A DNA stretch of 64,000 nt from Tubiluchus corallicola. Its lineage: Eukaryota > Animalia > Priapulida. Positions within the stretch are counted from its first letter, which is position 1. Every line of letters starts with the position of its first letter. Shown piece after piece: positions 24,087-34,552 of this stretch. The notes under the pieces are model-generated. The model was not told where the DNA came from. It worked only from the letters and a program-made list of their open reading frames with translations, and did no database searches. Location of the stretch: positions 682,001-746,000 of the forward strand of contig JAQGDQ010000045.1 of assembly GCA_030141605.1 (NCBI GenBank). Reading direction: 5' to 3'. The translations under genes were made by a program, and so were the position numbers.

Positions 24087-27000
24087 ATCTCCTATTTCTT
24101 CTTACTCCACTTCCTTCTTCCCTGTATTAGCCTAATTCCTCATCAATTCCCTGCTATCTTTTTATACTTATCTATTCAGTGAATAGCAAACAAGGTGTCA
24201 TCTTCAACTTTACTTTGTTATGCCTCTTAACCGACCATTGGTCAGTCAGGTCAATGACTGCAGTTGTTTACCAGGTGATGGTAATTACATCATCATTGTC
24301 TGTTTGTGGTTTTCTGGAACCCAGCCCCTTGCTTCCTAGAACAGAGTACAGTGACCTGTCTGTACATGATCGCTAATAAACAAATTGTCTGTTTACTTGT
24401 GATTTGTTTACTGTTTATTTGTAGGAGGTTTTTATAGACACTTTGATTATAACAGCATTTGTTTGTACACAATGTTTAGTGTTTTTATCTTAACATTAAA
24501 ACCTTTAGTGTAATTTAAACATTTTTTCTTTAATTTTATTGTGTTTTGATTGCTGCTTTGTTCAAGATTCAAGATTGCGTTAGTTCATTAAGGGCTTGAC
24601 CAGAAAGTTCTTATTTCTAGAGATAAGAAATTTACAAAGAATGGTGAATTCTAATCGCTAAAAGAAATCACTAGCGTAACCGAAAAAGGATTTGGTTCAA
24701 GTACTAGCAAGTATAAGATAAGATAAGCACTGCGATAAGACAACATGGAATAGCTCTAAAAATTTCTTTTCCATCAGGAACAATATAGTTGCAGAACATC
24801 TAGCTTCTAGATTTAAATTTAGAATTTTATTCTTGAAACCCTTTTTTCGTGACATCATGCTAGTGCTTTTAGGTATGGTTTACAGAACGATTTTCTACTC
24901 CATAAAATATAAATTGAAAAGTTTTTATGAACTGTGTTAAAACAATTAATCTAGCATCGTTAAAGGCTAGCAATATCATTAACATGGTCATCACTATTCC
25001 CTAGTCTTATTACCACCCTAGTGCTAAGAAATGGACACTCTTAGAGAAAGTTACTGAACTAAAGTGACGTCTTTTATATTTAGGCTTGAACTCTTTAGTG
25101 AGGTTTAAAAACTCTGCCCCTAGGGTCAGCGTAGTTTATCTGGGATCACAGGTTATTTCTGAGCTCAACGTAAAATTCCAATAAAAGTTATCTGTGCCTG
25201 ACTACTTTTTTTGGAAGTAAAAGTACTGTAATAGAAGCAAAATAAAAATTTACCACCTTTTGAAGTACTCGCATGAAATGAGACGAAATTCATTTTACCC
25301 GTTATATTTTCGTTTTAGTCTAAATTGAGCATTATCGATAAATAAAAATAAGCACTGCCTCCACTCCCAAGTGTGGATGAATCCGTTTATTAAGATACTA
25401 TGTTAATTTATTACCCACTGAAGCTAGGACTTAACAAGCATTGCTTAGTGCTCAGCAGTATTTTAGAGCGGCTAGACTAGCGATTCATGATGAAATACCA
25501 TTAGTAAGGTCAAAGTCCTACATACCTGCCGCAGGTATTATGAAGTATGACGCAATATTGACGTAATAAGCGTTATCCTGACTACTTACAGTAAACTAAG
25601 GTCAAAGATCCAGATTGCCAAAGATGAATTAGTCTATAAAGTAGGACAGCGGGCGTTAAATCAGTGCTCTTATATCCCGAATGCCCGACGGAGATAGGGG
25701 TGGCTGATTTAATACAAACGAAGTAATTTTCCATTATAAAATCACGCTCACCTTCGTTCTTTTCCCGCCAAATCAGGAAGTCAGGTGTGTGTCTGCGCTT
25801 ATCTTCTAAATTTTCGCCTGTCTTGAAAGGCGAGTGTCCTGTTACCCCCAGGATAACAACAACCTTTGTCATTCCGGGAACCTGCCAGGTTTGCCAAGCA
25901 CCACTAATTGCCAACTGTTTAAACAAGTAAGAAGCTTTCTTGGGATTCTGGGTCAAACACCTTTGAGGCTGAAAGAGTAACCAGGATAACACGCGGTTGT
26001 ATTTCGAAGAACCTTACAGGTTCGATAAACATCGGTGACTGTCAATAAAGAATTAGCTCTAGTCCTCCAGGTCAAATACCTTTGTGTTCTGGAAGATTTG
26101 CAAATCGAAGCGTAAACATGTTGACAAGTAGTTGCGTAAAAATCTTTGGGATATTCTTATGGCCTGAATCTGCTTGATCATCCGGCGCACTGTTTTTTTT
26201 TTATAAGAGTTTGCACTTAGTTTGCAAACTGATCAGCTGTCATCTTCAAATTTATAGGAATTGCTTGTTGTGAGGTTATTGAAGAAGCTTAAGAGAATTT
26301 GACGGCCGATTAAGAGAGGTGTCTGTGCAGAGTCATTTCAAATTTACCCCGACTGTCTAATTTCTGAATTTAAACAAACAACTTTTTAAAACAGAAAGTA
26401 CGTGAAACTTGAACATTTTTACAGACCCATTACGCAAATGCTTAAATAGTCGAGATTTTTTAGTAAGTCCAGCAAAATTTGAAGGCCGTAAAAAAATCTT
26501 TCCAAGTAGTCGCATTTTGTGCTGTTAAAGAAGGACTGAAGGTATTTTTAGTATTAAGCTCAAGTAATACTTGTGTCCTCAACGACTTTTATGCACTATA
26601 TGCGATAGATGGAAAACTTAGTGACGAGGCCCAACGTACGAAAATTTTAGCGTGACGTCACTGGCTTCCCTCACTGGGCTGCTTCGTAATTGCTACGTGG
26701 TTAGATTTGCCGATTTCAGACCATTTCTGCTTTTTACAAGCCGGGAGTCTCCTGTCTTGTGTCATTCAAAACAGCGATCATTTTTACGTCACCCAAAAGA
26801 TAAAATTGTAAGATTCACAGGTGTGATCGATCACTAATCGACGTGAAAATAACTGGATGGGCAGAATGATAGAGTTTGCTTACTACTGTTTATAATGACG
26901 GTTTTGAGTCTGACTTAAAACTTAAGAATGCGACTATCTCACTTAAAAGCAACTGTAAGGCAGTGACGTGTGGCCCTGTCTTCTCAAACAGAGCCGACTA

Positions 27001-30000
27001 AATTTGACAACCCCGTTATCTTTTTCCCTCCCCATTTCAAATTGTTCACCAGACCTCCTTTTAGTTAATAATTATATTGGCTGAGCAAGCATACTAGCAA
27101 GTGTGCTGCCACGAATGCCACCAAGTTAGCAAGTTTCCGATTGCTTGTTAAACTGAACTTCAAAGCTGTGTACATTGTAGTAACTAAATAATGACACATA
27201 TTCGTAATTGTGCTTAGTCAAGAATTTTGTTGTTCAATATCACTAACTTGCTAGCAGTTCTAGTGTCCAGTTTTATACTACATAACTGAGTGAAGTTTCA
27301 GGCACACACTAACATTTATCAAAAGAAATAAACTTGTAACTTGTGCAAATATAATTGAGTAAAGGCCATAAGTTCTCATGGTAGGCTACAGTTAGTGTTT
27401 TTACGACAGCAATTATTTTACATTGTAGTTTGCAAATGTAGGTAAAAACATAGGAAAGAATGGCATGGAAAAAATGGCTCGGTAAAAATTGCACAGGAAA
27501 AAGTGGCACAAATGGAAAAGTAGGTAAAAGTGGCACAAGAAAATATGTTGCTGGAAAAAAATGGCACAAATGGAAAAGTACGTAAACATGGCACAAATAG
27601 AAAAGTAGGTAAAAATGGCACACTTAGTAAAAGATGCGCATAGAGTTATCGTTACAGTGGAGAATAATTATTTTGATTATTTTTATCTCTGCCAAGGAAG
27701 TTGTGCTTTGACACAGTTTGTTTGTTTGTTTTGGTTGTTTTTTGTCTGTTGTGGCAATAAACCTATTACGCCAAAACTGTCATTGTGAGCAAAGGCGTGT
27801 ATAGGGTGCCAAAATTGGAATCTTTTCGCCAGTTCTTTTTTTTTCAAAACATGACCGAACACAAAAAAACAGTCATGAAGCATTTCGTAGAGGTCTCAGA
27901 GGGAGTGTTTAGTACTTATTTTTTGTTATCTCCATTTCGAGAAATTCTTGCTTGTAAATCGGTGTGACGCTTCTGTAACCTTTGCTTATTAATGTGTATA
28001 GCCTTATATGGTAACTTCGTTACGTATGTATTTGTCAGTCACTTACCATCCCCAAAATTAATGGTGAAAAGAGTAGATAAACACCATGTGGAACATTCGT
28101 GCATTATTGATTATCAGTCCATTCAATGAACAAATATTTTGTGAGTCTTTTGCCAGTCTATATAATGCCAGTACGGGTACATTTTTGTATGCTTGTTTGT
28201 TTAACTTGGTGCTATTTTTTTAATGAAAAGAATCAGACGAATAAGTTTAGGATTGTTCGGCTTTGGTAGAGATCTGCTTCCTGCTAAGCACATTCTAGTT
28301 TTATTATAGAAATCAGTTGCATCAAAATAACATATGTGCCATTTTTCCTACTTTCCCATTTGTGCCATTTTTTCCGATGCCCATTTGCACCAACGTTTCC
28401 ATTTGTGCTATTTTTCCTGTGCCATTTTCAGCTGTGTGATTTTTATAGCTCCCCGTTGTTTGCACATTTAGCAACACCCTGCCCTGCAGCACCTACCTGC
28501 ATGAGCAGCCCTGCCACTGCTGTCAGGTTCGATCGGAAAAAGGGTGAAACTTACTGCTGTTCTCCTGTGGCTCTGCCGTTGAATAGGAGACACTTAAAAT
28601 CACTAGAAATAGAATCATTGAATTTGTACAGAAGCCGTGATCGAGCTGTTCAAGTCGTAACTAAAGCGCGCTAAAGAAATCTGTAAACTAAAATAGGTCG
28701 TATGGCTTCACCTTAAACGTTTTTTTACAGAACGTTTTTTTTACAGAAAAATTAGTGATTCAGTACCTTCTAACCTAGGTTTAATATAGTTTTCACGAAA
28801 TTTAGCTAGAATGGTTAATATTACCTCGTTCATTACAGAAATTTGCTAACCCATAAAGTTGTGGCTAGCAGCTAGTTTTTCGATAATAATAATAATAATA
28901 ATAATATATTTACTTTAGTGTAAGATAATAGATTTAATTCGATGGAGTACTCGACATGCTTGCATTGTTCATACAGCCTAAAGAACATCTGGCCAAACCC
29001 GACTCTTAATTTTTGTATAGCTACAGTTTAATAAGTAATTTCATTTTCTCCTAATTGGTGTATTCCCCGATTATTATTATTTATTTATTTTTTTACGTAT
29101 AGTGTGGTGCAATTTTCGTAAATTCAGCGAGAGAAATTCTGATAGAGTAGCATTTTATTTATGTTATACCATGTATTGTTAAATGCTCTATAGATACCCG
29201 TGACGTCACGGCAAAACTAAAGCAGCTTATTTTTGCCTGTGCAACGCTCTTCGTCAGTTTCTAAATATTATATCGTTATCAGCAATGTCTAAACCGCATT
29301 TTGATATCCAGCCATATTTTGCCTTAAATCAGTGTTGCTTTAAGTCATTTGTCTTCGTCGTGTTGAATTTGCATATTAGCTACCCTGCTCATGAAAAATT
29401 GAGGTTGATATACTAGTATTTTGTGATTGCTGAAATCTGATTTCACATTCATTCTCTAACTGTAGAGCTACTTTTCTCAACGCTGTTTTAATATTAAATC
29501 TTTAATTTTTATTATGTTGGTACTACCCCTTTCACTCTCCGTGGGTTTGTACACTTCTTTCGCGTCTCAGCAATGGTTATTTTTTATATAAATAACTATA
29601 TTTGTAATTTTATGTGTTAAAGTGTCGGTTTTTTTTTGCTGATACTATAATGATTCGTCAACAGCAAAAGAAAATCTTCCAAGGTAATTCAAAGTTATTG
29701 CGTAATTTCTTGTTTTCGAAAAAACCGGTAAGCTATACCATGTTTGGCCACTAACCTATTCTGCTCAGCTCTAAACTGTCCTTCACTCTCATCAGGCAAT
29801 CACTGTGGTTTGGCGATTGCATAATAGAAGTGCAGTGAAGCAACCATGAACTGGTCACTGACTTCACTTGGCGTATCAGCGCACTCGCATCTGCTAAAGA
29901 CAGGATTTCATGTAGAGCAAGGATGACTGCTCAGCTTCCGATTAATAATTGCTTCTCGCAGTAGGATTTGAGGCTGTATAGTGCAACTTTGGTATCGACA

Positions 30001-33000
30001 TTCTTTTGTCACATGTGACCCGCATAGGGCGCTCTATGTATGTGATGATACAAACTACCAACTAATTAAATATGAAACCAGATTTGAAAAACAACAAATT
30101 TGGAAGATTGGAATACAACAAGGATAGGAAATGGTGAACTGGCCGTCCATTTGGGTGGATAAATTTTGGAATTGTCTTGATCGCTGGGGAACATGGTAGT
30201 CTAACGGTCTAAAACTTCTGCGTTGTTAGCAGAAAGTCCCTGGTTCAAATCCTGGCTGTGTTCCAATTTTTTCTCTGTATTCAAGTTTGGCTTTCTGCTA
30301 TAGTTCTCTTATGTCGCAAATTTAGTTTCATCAATTTTCATGTGTTCACATGCTTCTGAAGAAGTAGCGTTTACATTACATATAGAAAACAAAGCTGCTC
30401 TGACACATGTGTAGTAACTTTGTTTTGGTAAGTCGGAATATCGTTGGCAAAAATGAACACTATCTAAATTATTCTGCCGAAATATTCTGAAATATTAACT
30501 AAAATTTTGGTTAAATGAATGGAACTAATGCATTTTCATGAAACGCCATGTAAAATATTCCGTTAAAATAAACATTCCTGGAAATATTAACAAGAGTATT
30601 GATAACGAATAGAACTATTCTGGCATTTATTGGGCAGATAATGCACTTTTATGAAGCCACCATTAATCGGTAAAACCACAATATGCTCTTATCGTTGCCA
30701 TATACATATAGCGAGTTATCAACCATTTATATTTATAAGCTGTTGTCCTGAATCTGGGAGTCAATACGGTGATGGTATAATAACTGCATATTGCAGCTTT
30801 TTGGTAACTTAATCTTTCTCGGTGATTTTATTTGACAATTTTGTCCATTTAGCGTACGAAGGGTTTTCGTCACTCGTGTGATGTGTAGTAAAGTTTCAAG
30901 TTTCAAATATTTACGGCATAATTTACTGTTATGCTAGAACATAATATAGTAAAATACAATAATTTTTATTGTATAGTGGAGTGTTTATGAAACGGATATT
31001 GTTCACTGATGATGAAACGAAAATTTTATACTAGAATGAATACTGCATCGATTGACGGAGTCATTTTCTCGATCCGCCATTTTAAATTCAAGATGGCGGC
31101 GGAAATACTTCGAAAAAAGCTGAAGGCTTGTCGTGAAGCTTTAAAAAATCTGTACCATGACAAAACGTTTAGGCACGAAAATTAAAATGTGTAAACAGCT
31201 GGGCATTTCGTCTAGAGCTAGCAAGAAACTAAAAACTTCCTCCTTCGTCTAGCATTCTTAACCATATTTGTACCTCTTGCCACAAGGCTGATTGAATAAT
31301 TTTAGCATTGTGGCCAAAGCTACAAATAACCGGGACCATTAATAAAAGAAAATTTATCCATGTACTCTAACAAGCCTTCTCGTAATGTGCAAAGCTGATC
31401 AACAAGCAGTTTCTTTTACTTTGTTTCAAACGCCTTGCTATAGTTTTGCTGTATCTCTTCTTGCAGGTCTGTTTTACATCTTTGGTTTCTATATGAATAC
31501 AAAATTCATGTACTGTAGGTTGTGACTATAAAACTGGTTGCTGTTTATACTAGAATAAATTCCACATCAGTATTCGTAGATTTTTGATCTGCCATCTTGA
31601 TTATAGATAGCAAGCAATGACATCATTTTGGGGAATGCACCAATTTTTGGCAAGCTGTAATAGCTGTTCCAGCAATCTTCTGGTGACTGACAACAATAGG
31701 TCTTTTTTGTAGTGCATTCTAATGAGATAACGTTTTCATTATATTTTTAATCATCGTAATTAGGGTTTTGCATTTTGGCCGCTGGCTTCTGTGTTTTGTA
31801 ATCCCGTCAGCGTGCATACGAATATTTGGCATTTTGGCCGCTGGCTTCTGTTGTAATCCCGTTAGCTTGGGTAGGAATATTACGTGCTTGATCCACGCTT
31901 CTGTGGCTCAATTGCATGCCACACACTGCAATTACTGATATTGGCGGTTAGGGAAATCCGCCTTACTAATGGTGCAGCTGATTCTTGGTAATAAATTATA
32001 ATGCATAAAAATATATTTCATTGATTTCGTGAATAGTTGTAAAAGAAGTGAGGCTGGCGAACTTACGGTGATACATGCTGAGATGAGGATAGTACATGCG
32101 GGCATACATGTGTGTCGAATATAAAATATGTTAGAAAAGTCTTATCTCCATTTCATTTAAAGAAATAATATCCCTCCACTCTCTCAGGTTTTATACATGT
32201 AAATGTAATTTTCAAAGAAAAGAAAAAACTTATAGTCTATTCGGGTGTTATTGACAACATTTGACTAGGAGAGGGGGTGGGGCATTGTAAACGGAGGTTG
32301 CAAGCTGCTGCGACTACATGGATGTGGCTCCACATTTTTTTTAATATTAGCTGTTGTTTTACAACGTTGCTTTCATTAACCGTTTCCACTTCATACTGAA
32401 TAATAACTTCGCAACCGACGGGGAGCCTTTTTTGCATGAATAATTAATTTTTATAAAGTTAATTTTTAATGACCGTTAGCACGATCACAAAATTATTAGA
32501 TTAGCTAATTGACTACGAATCCTGAGGTATTAAAGCAAATGGAGTTGCGCATGATCTTTGAACACTGTGTCACACGTACACGTATCTAGATGCAAATGTT
32601 AATGACACGAGAAAGTGAGAGTCGAACGTTGTAGACATATCATTACATCATAGCGCTTTAATTCAACGGTTTCAGCGTCGGTCATGTCATTCCTCTATAT
32701 ATTATATAACACCGAGAATGGCATTTTCTGTAGAAATTTTTTGCTGAAGTTCCAGTAACAGAAACGTGAATGATTGTTTTATAAACTCATAAAGCACCAT
32801 TGACAGCAACGACAACAATTTCTGGTGGACACGTGTTTCTTATGAATTCAATACTACCAAAACATTAGTGTTATGTTATTTAAGCTTATTCAAACGTTAA
32901 ATGCAGTTTAATCTTAGAACTTGATTACTTTTAAATTGTAAATACTCTCTTTCTGCAGATTTACTGCTTGTTATTGATTTATTCGTATAATTTCGGTTTG

Positions 33001-33036
33001 CTAATCCTTATGAGTTCAATTTCAGTGCACACACAT

Positions 33037-33079
<43 letters not shown>

Positions 33080-34552
33080 GGTTGAATTGGGGGTTGGAAT
33101 TGGTCTTAATGCAAAGAAGACGAAGCTTAAACGCCAAATGTTGCAATATGACCTCCCCCCCCAATAATTTAATTGAGTGCTTTATCTTTTTTATTTTCGG
33201 ATCTTAGAGGGGAGAAATTACCTTGCAGAAATGCTTCAGAAAGCAAAAAAGTAGAATGCGTGTGTTATACTAAAAAAAAAACAAGCAACTCTCTCTTTGC
33301 AACCGCTTGCATGCAGTAATGAAGCTATTGCCACCAACCCACGGAGTAATCTAGGCTAATGCCTCAAGGAGGCAGCTTGTTAGCTTAACTCACTTTACAG
33401 ATTGCTGTATTGTCGGTCTACTTGTGTCTTATTTAGGGCCACTGGTCAGCCCTGCAATCTCTTTACTCGTTAAAGATGTTTTACTACATTTGACGTCTAT
33501 TTTCTTTCTTTTCGTGAACGGTGTTATGAAGGTGTCTCTTCCTTGGTTTGAGTACTCGTTTTGTTGCTGCTTGTCGAAAGACAAATGTATATATGTTACT
33601 TTTTCGACTTTTATGTGTCCTAATCTTTACCAGAAACTGGTTTCCCTGTTAATTTCAACCACCCTTGTTTCAGAAGAACGTCAGCAGCCAGCTACCGCTT
33701 ATCATTATCAAAATATAGTAATATTTTTTTGGCAAAATCTAGTTCGTATTGCAATTCATAGAAATTGACAAATAGCATTTTTTATTATCAATTTCTTAAC
33801 TTTATTTGTTAACTGTAAAATCTTCAGTTTTGTAGGTAGAATACTTCAATATGACTGTCTGTCAGGTAATAATCTTTGCTAATGTTCACTACCACCTTCT
33901 TATAACGTGAGTTATGTAGTGCACAAGAATTTGCTTGTTGTACTTGAATTTTTGTGAAGTGCAGTTTATAACAAGTGAGTTCCAAGCTCTTATTTGGATC
34001 TTGCATGAGTACATGAATGCAAAAACACAACCTTCTTCCGACTTTTTATCTACTAGTTTTCAAGTCTCTTTGTTTTCATTCATGTTTAAATTCCATCCCA
34101 TTTTTTCCTTGACAATTTCCTTCTAGCTCTCACGTAATACCATAACTTACAATTTGTTGATATTGTATTCGTGCTCTAAATTCGAAAGGATAGTTGATAG
34201 AAATTGATGTAGATTTTGAGGATTCATGATTTCTTTTTAATTTCAGGAGCGAGTTGGTAGAAAATGTGGGGCACTGCGAGTACTCAACTCCTATTGGGTT
34301 GGTCAAGATTCGACATACAAGTACTTCGAAATTATTTTAATGGATCCCTTTCACAAGACTATCCGCCGTAATCCGGATACACAGTGGATCACAAAACCAG
34401 TTCACAAGCACAGAGAAATGCGTGGACTTACTTCAGCTGGAAAGAAATCACGAGGTCTGGGTAAAGGGCATAAATATCATCTGACCATCGGAGGATCTCG
34501 TCGTGCTGCTTGGAAGAGACGTAATACACTGCAGTTACGCAGATATCGTTAA
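11810..34552 (+). CDS. RPL15: 60S ribosomal protein L15 (eL15), 204 aa, 3 coding exons
   Basis: 11810-11981 + 23805-23941 + 34247-34552 = 615 nt; [33 protein letters not shown]...[27 protein letters not shown]...[15 protein letters not shown]...[11 protein letters not shown]; AATAAA at 34658. Confidence 0.98.
13480..14770. repeat. Probable non-autonomous element with CAAGTC/GAGTC subterminal motif arrays
   Basis: Dense CAAGTC/CGAGTC motifs at 13490-13760 and 14670-14740; ends not resolved. Confidence 0.45.
14151..14476. repeat. Tandem repeat, 4 x 79-80 bp
   Basis: Unit AAAAAGCTGCGTGTATGTATGTATTTTGAATTTTTCTTGTGCTTCGTCGAGTGTATGTTTAACATCGTATTAACAAGGA, near-identical copies starting 14151, 14231, 14310, 14389. 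Confidence 0.97.
15560..15985 (+). repeat. Dispersed repeat, copy 1 (inverted copy at about 60785-61200)
   Basis: Collinear blocks ATCACTTTAAAGTC, TTTTACAAAAAATT(G/A)GATAGC, GGAAAGCCACG, GTGAATGGT, CGATAGTAT match the reverse complement of 60785-61200. Confidence 0.85.
17245..18935 (+). repeat. Diverged local duplication (17245-17655 vs 18710-18935)
   Basis: Shared blocks TTATCTTACT..ACTATTAAAAGTA, ACATTTGGCCT, AGTTACTCCCTCTGAA, ATTAATCAGCTAGAGT.GTTACTCACG; the second copy has internal deletions. Confidence 0.85.
18051..18546. mobile_element. hAT-type MITE
   Basis: TIRs CAGTGGTTCCCAACCTT / AAGGTTGGGAACCCATG; 8-bp TSD TTATATAC on both sides. Confidence 0.92.
22017..22349 (-). CDS. Possible nested antisense ORF (110 aa, unknown)
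   Basis: Open frame preceded by a T7-CCAG acceptor (22370-80), minus-strand AATAAA at 21543-48; no recognisable homology. Confidence 0.25.
   Translation of the reverse strand: MTHGIASLLLKESVKVLRIVADSSAKVRMCTGGLLATSIALSQLTQVEKLILESAEQQLASESRTKSYMSYEAKLFTALHVRQINSGLQTLKYEAPRHLLQYLSQKTLKL
23345..23445 (+). repeat. Possible SINE central-domain (Deu/Nin-like) remnant
   Basis: AAGAAGATTATGGTCTCCCCCCGTGGTCCTGG resembles the AAGAG...TCTCCCCGGTGTCCTGG core of these SINE domains, from memory. Confidence 0.35.
23805..23941 (+). CDS. RPL15: RPL15 second coding exon (missing from the ORF track)
   Basis: ttgcag|GTTATG...GCAGAA|gtaggt, 137 nt, [46 protein letters not shown]. Confidence 0.97.
23979..24084. 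repeat. Compound (TCTG/TCCG)n-(CT)n microsatellite
   Basis: Directly visible 40 bp after the RPL15 second coding exon. Confidence 0.95.
27450..28445. mobile_element. Foldback/MITE-like element with inverted GGCACAAATGGAAAAGT arrays
   Basis: Array of AA(G/A)TGGCACAAATGGAAAAGTAGGT at 27455-27625 and its reverse complement at 28336-28440. Confidence 0.65.
30190..30263 (+). tRNA. tRNA-like cloverleaf (pseudo-tRNA or SINE head; nominal anticodon TGT)
   Basis: Acceptor AACATGG/CTGTGTT, A box TAGTCTAACGG, anticodon arm TCTGC-GTTGTTA-GCAGA, B box GGTTCAAATCC, T6 at 30267-72; atypical G32/T37 and a T-stem mismatch. Confidence 0.6.
31768..31881. repeat. Tandem duplication, 2 x about 57 bp
   Basis: GCATTTTGGCCGCTGGCTTCTGT...TTGTAATCCCGT(C/T)AGC..GAATATT occurs twice. 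Confidence 0.9.
33028..33079. repeat. (CA)n(TA)n microsatellite
   Basis: Directly visible. Confidence 0.95.
34247..34552 (+). CDS. RPL15: RPL15 last exon
   Basis: tttcag|GAGCGA..., [36 protein letters not shown]...RRYR*. Confidence 0.97.
   Translation, partial: ERVGRKCGALRVLNSYWVGQDSTYKYFEIILMDPFHKTIRRNPDTQWITKPVHKHREMRGLTSAGKKSRGLGKGHKYHLTIGGSRRAAWKRRNTLQLRRYR

Noticed and set aside
23744-24135. ORFs 23744-24088 (-) and 23947-24135 (+)
   Set aside because: Products of the CT microsatellite and the antisense of an RPL15 exon.
25487-25581. C box ATGATGA ... GTTATC-CTGA resembling snR38/SNORD1
   Set aside because: Complementarity to the 28S GGGAUAAC region is only 7 nt and overlaps the D box; no terminal stem.
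25841-25860. GTTACCCCCAGGATAACAAC resembling the LSU rRNA peptidyl-transferase motif (NUMT or rRNA mimic)
   Set aside because: Similarity is under 20 nt and the flanks do not continue as rRNA.
27309-28674. Phe/Cys/His-rich ORFs
   Set aside because: Translations of the GGCACAAATGGAAAAG repeat arrays.
30340-30412. CTGAAGA...GAAA as a hammerhead ribozyme after the tRNA-like unit
   Set aside because: Stems II and III cannot be formed convincingly.
31074-31099. CCGCCATTTT...AAGATGGCGG inverted YY1-like pair
   Set aside because: A common motif in invertebrate transposon-derived repeats; nothing supports a locus-specific role.
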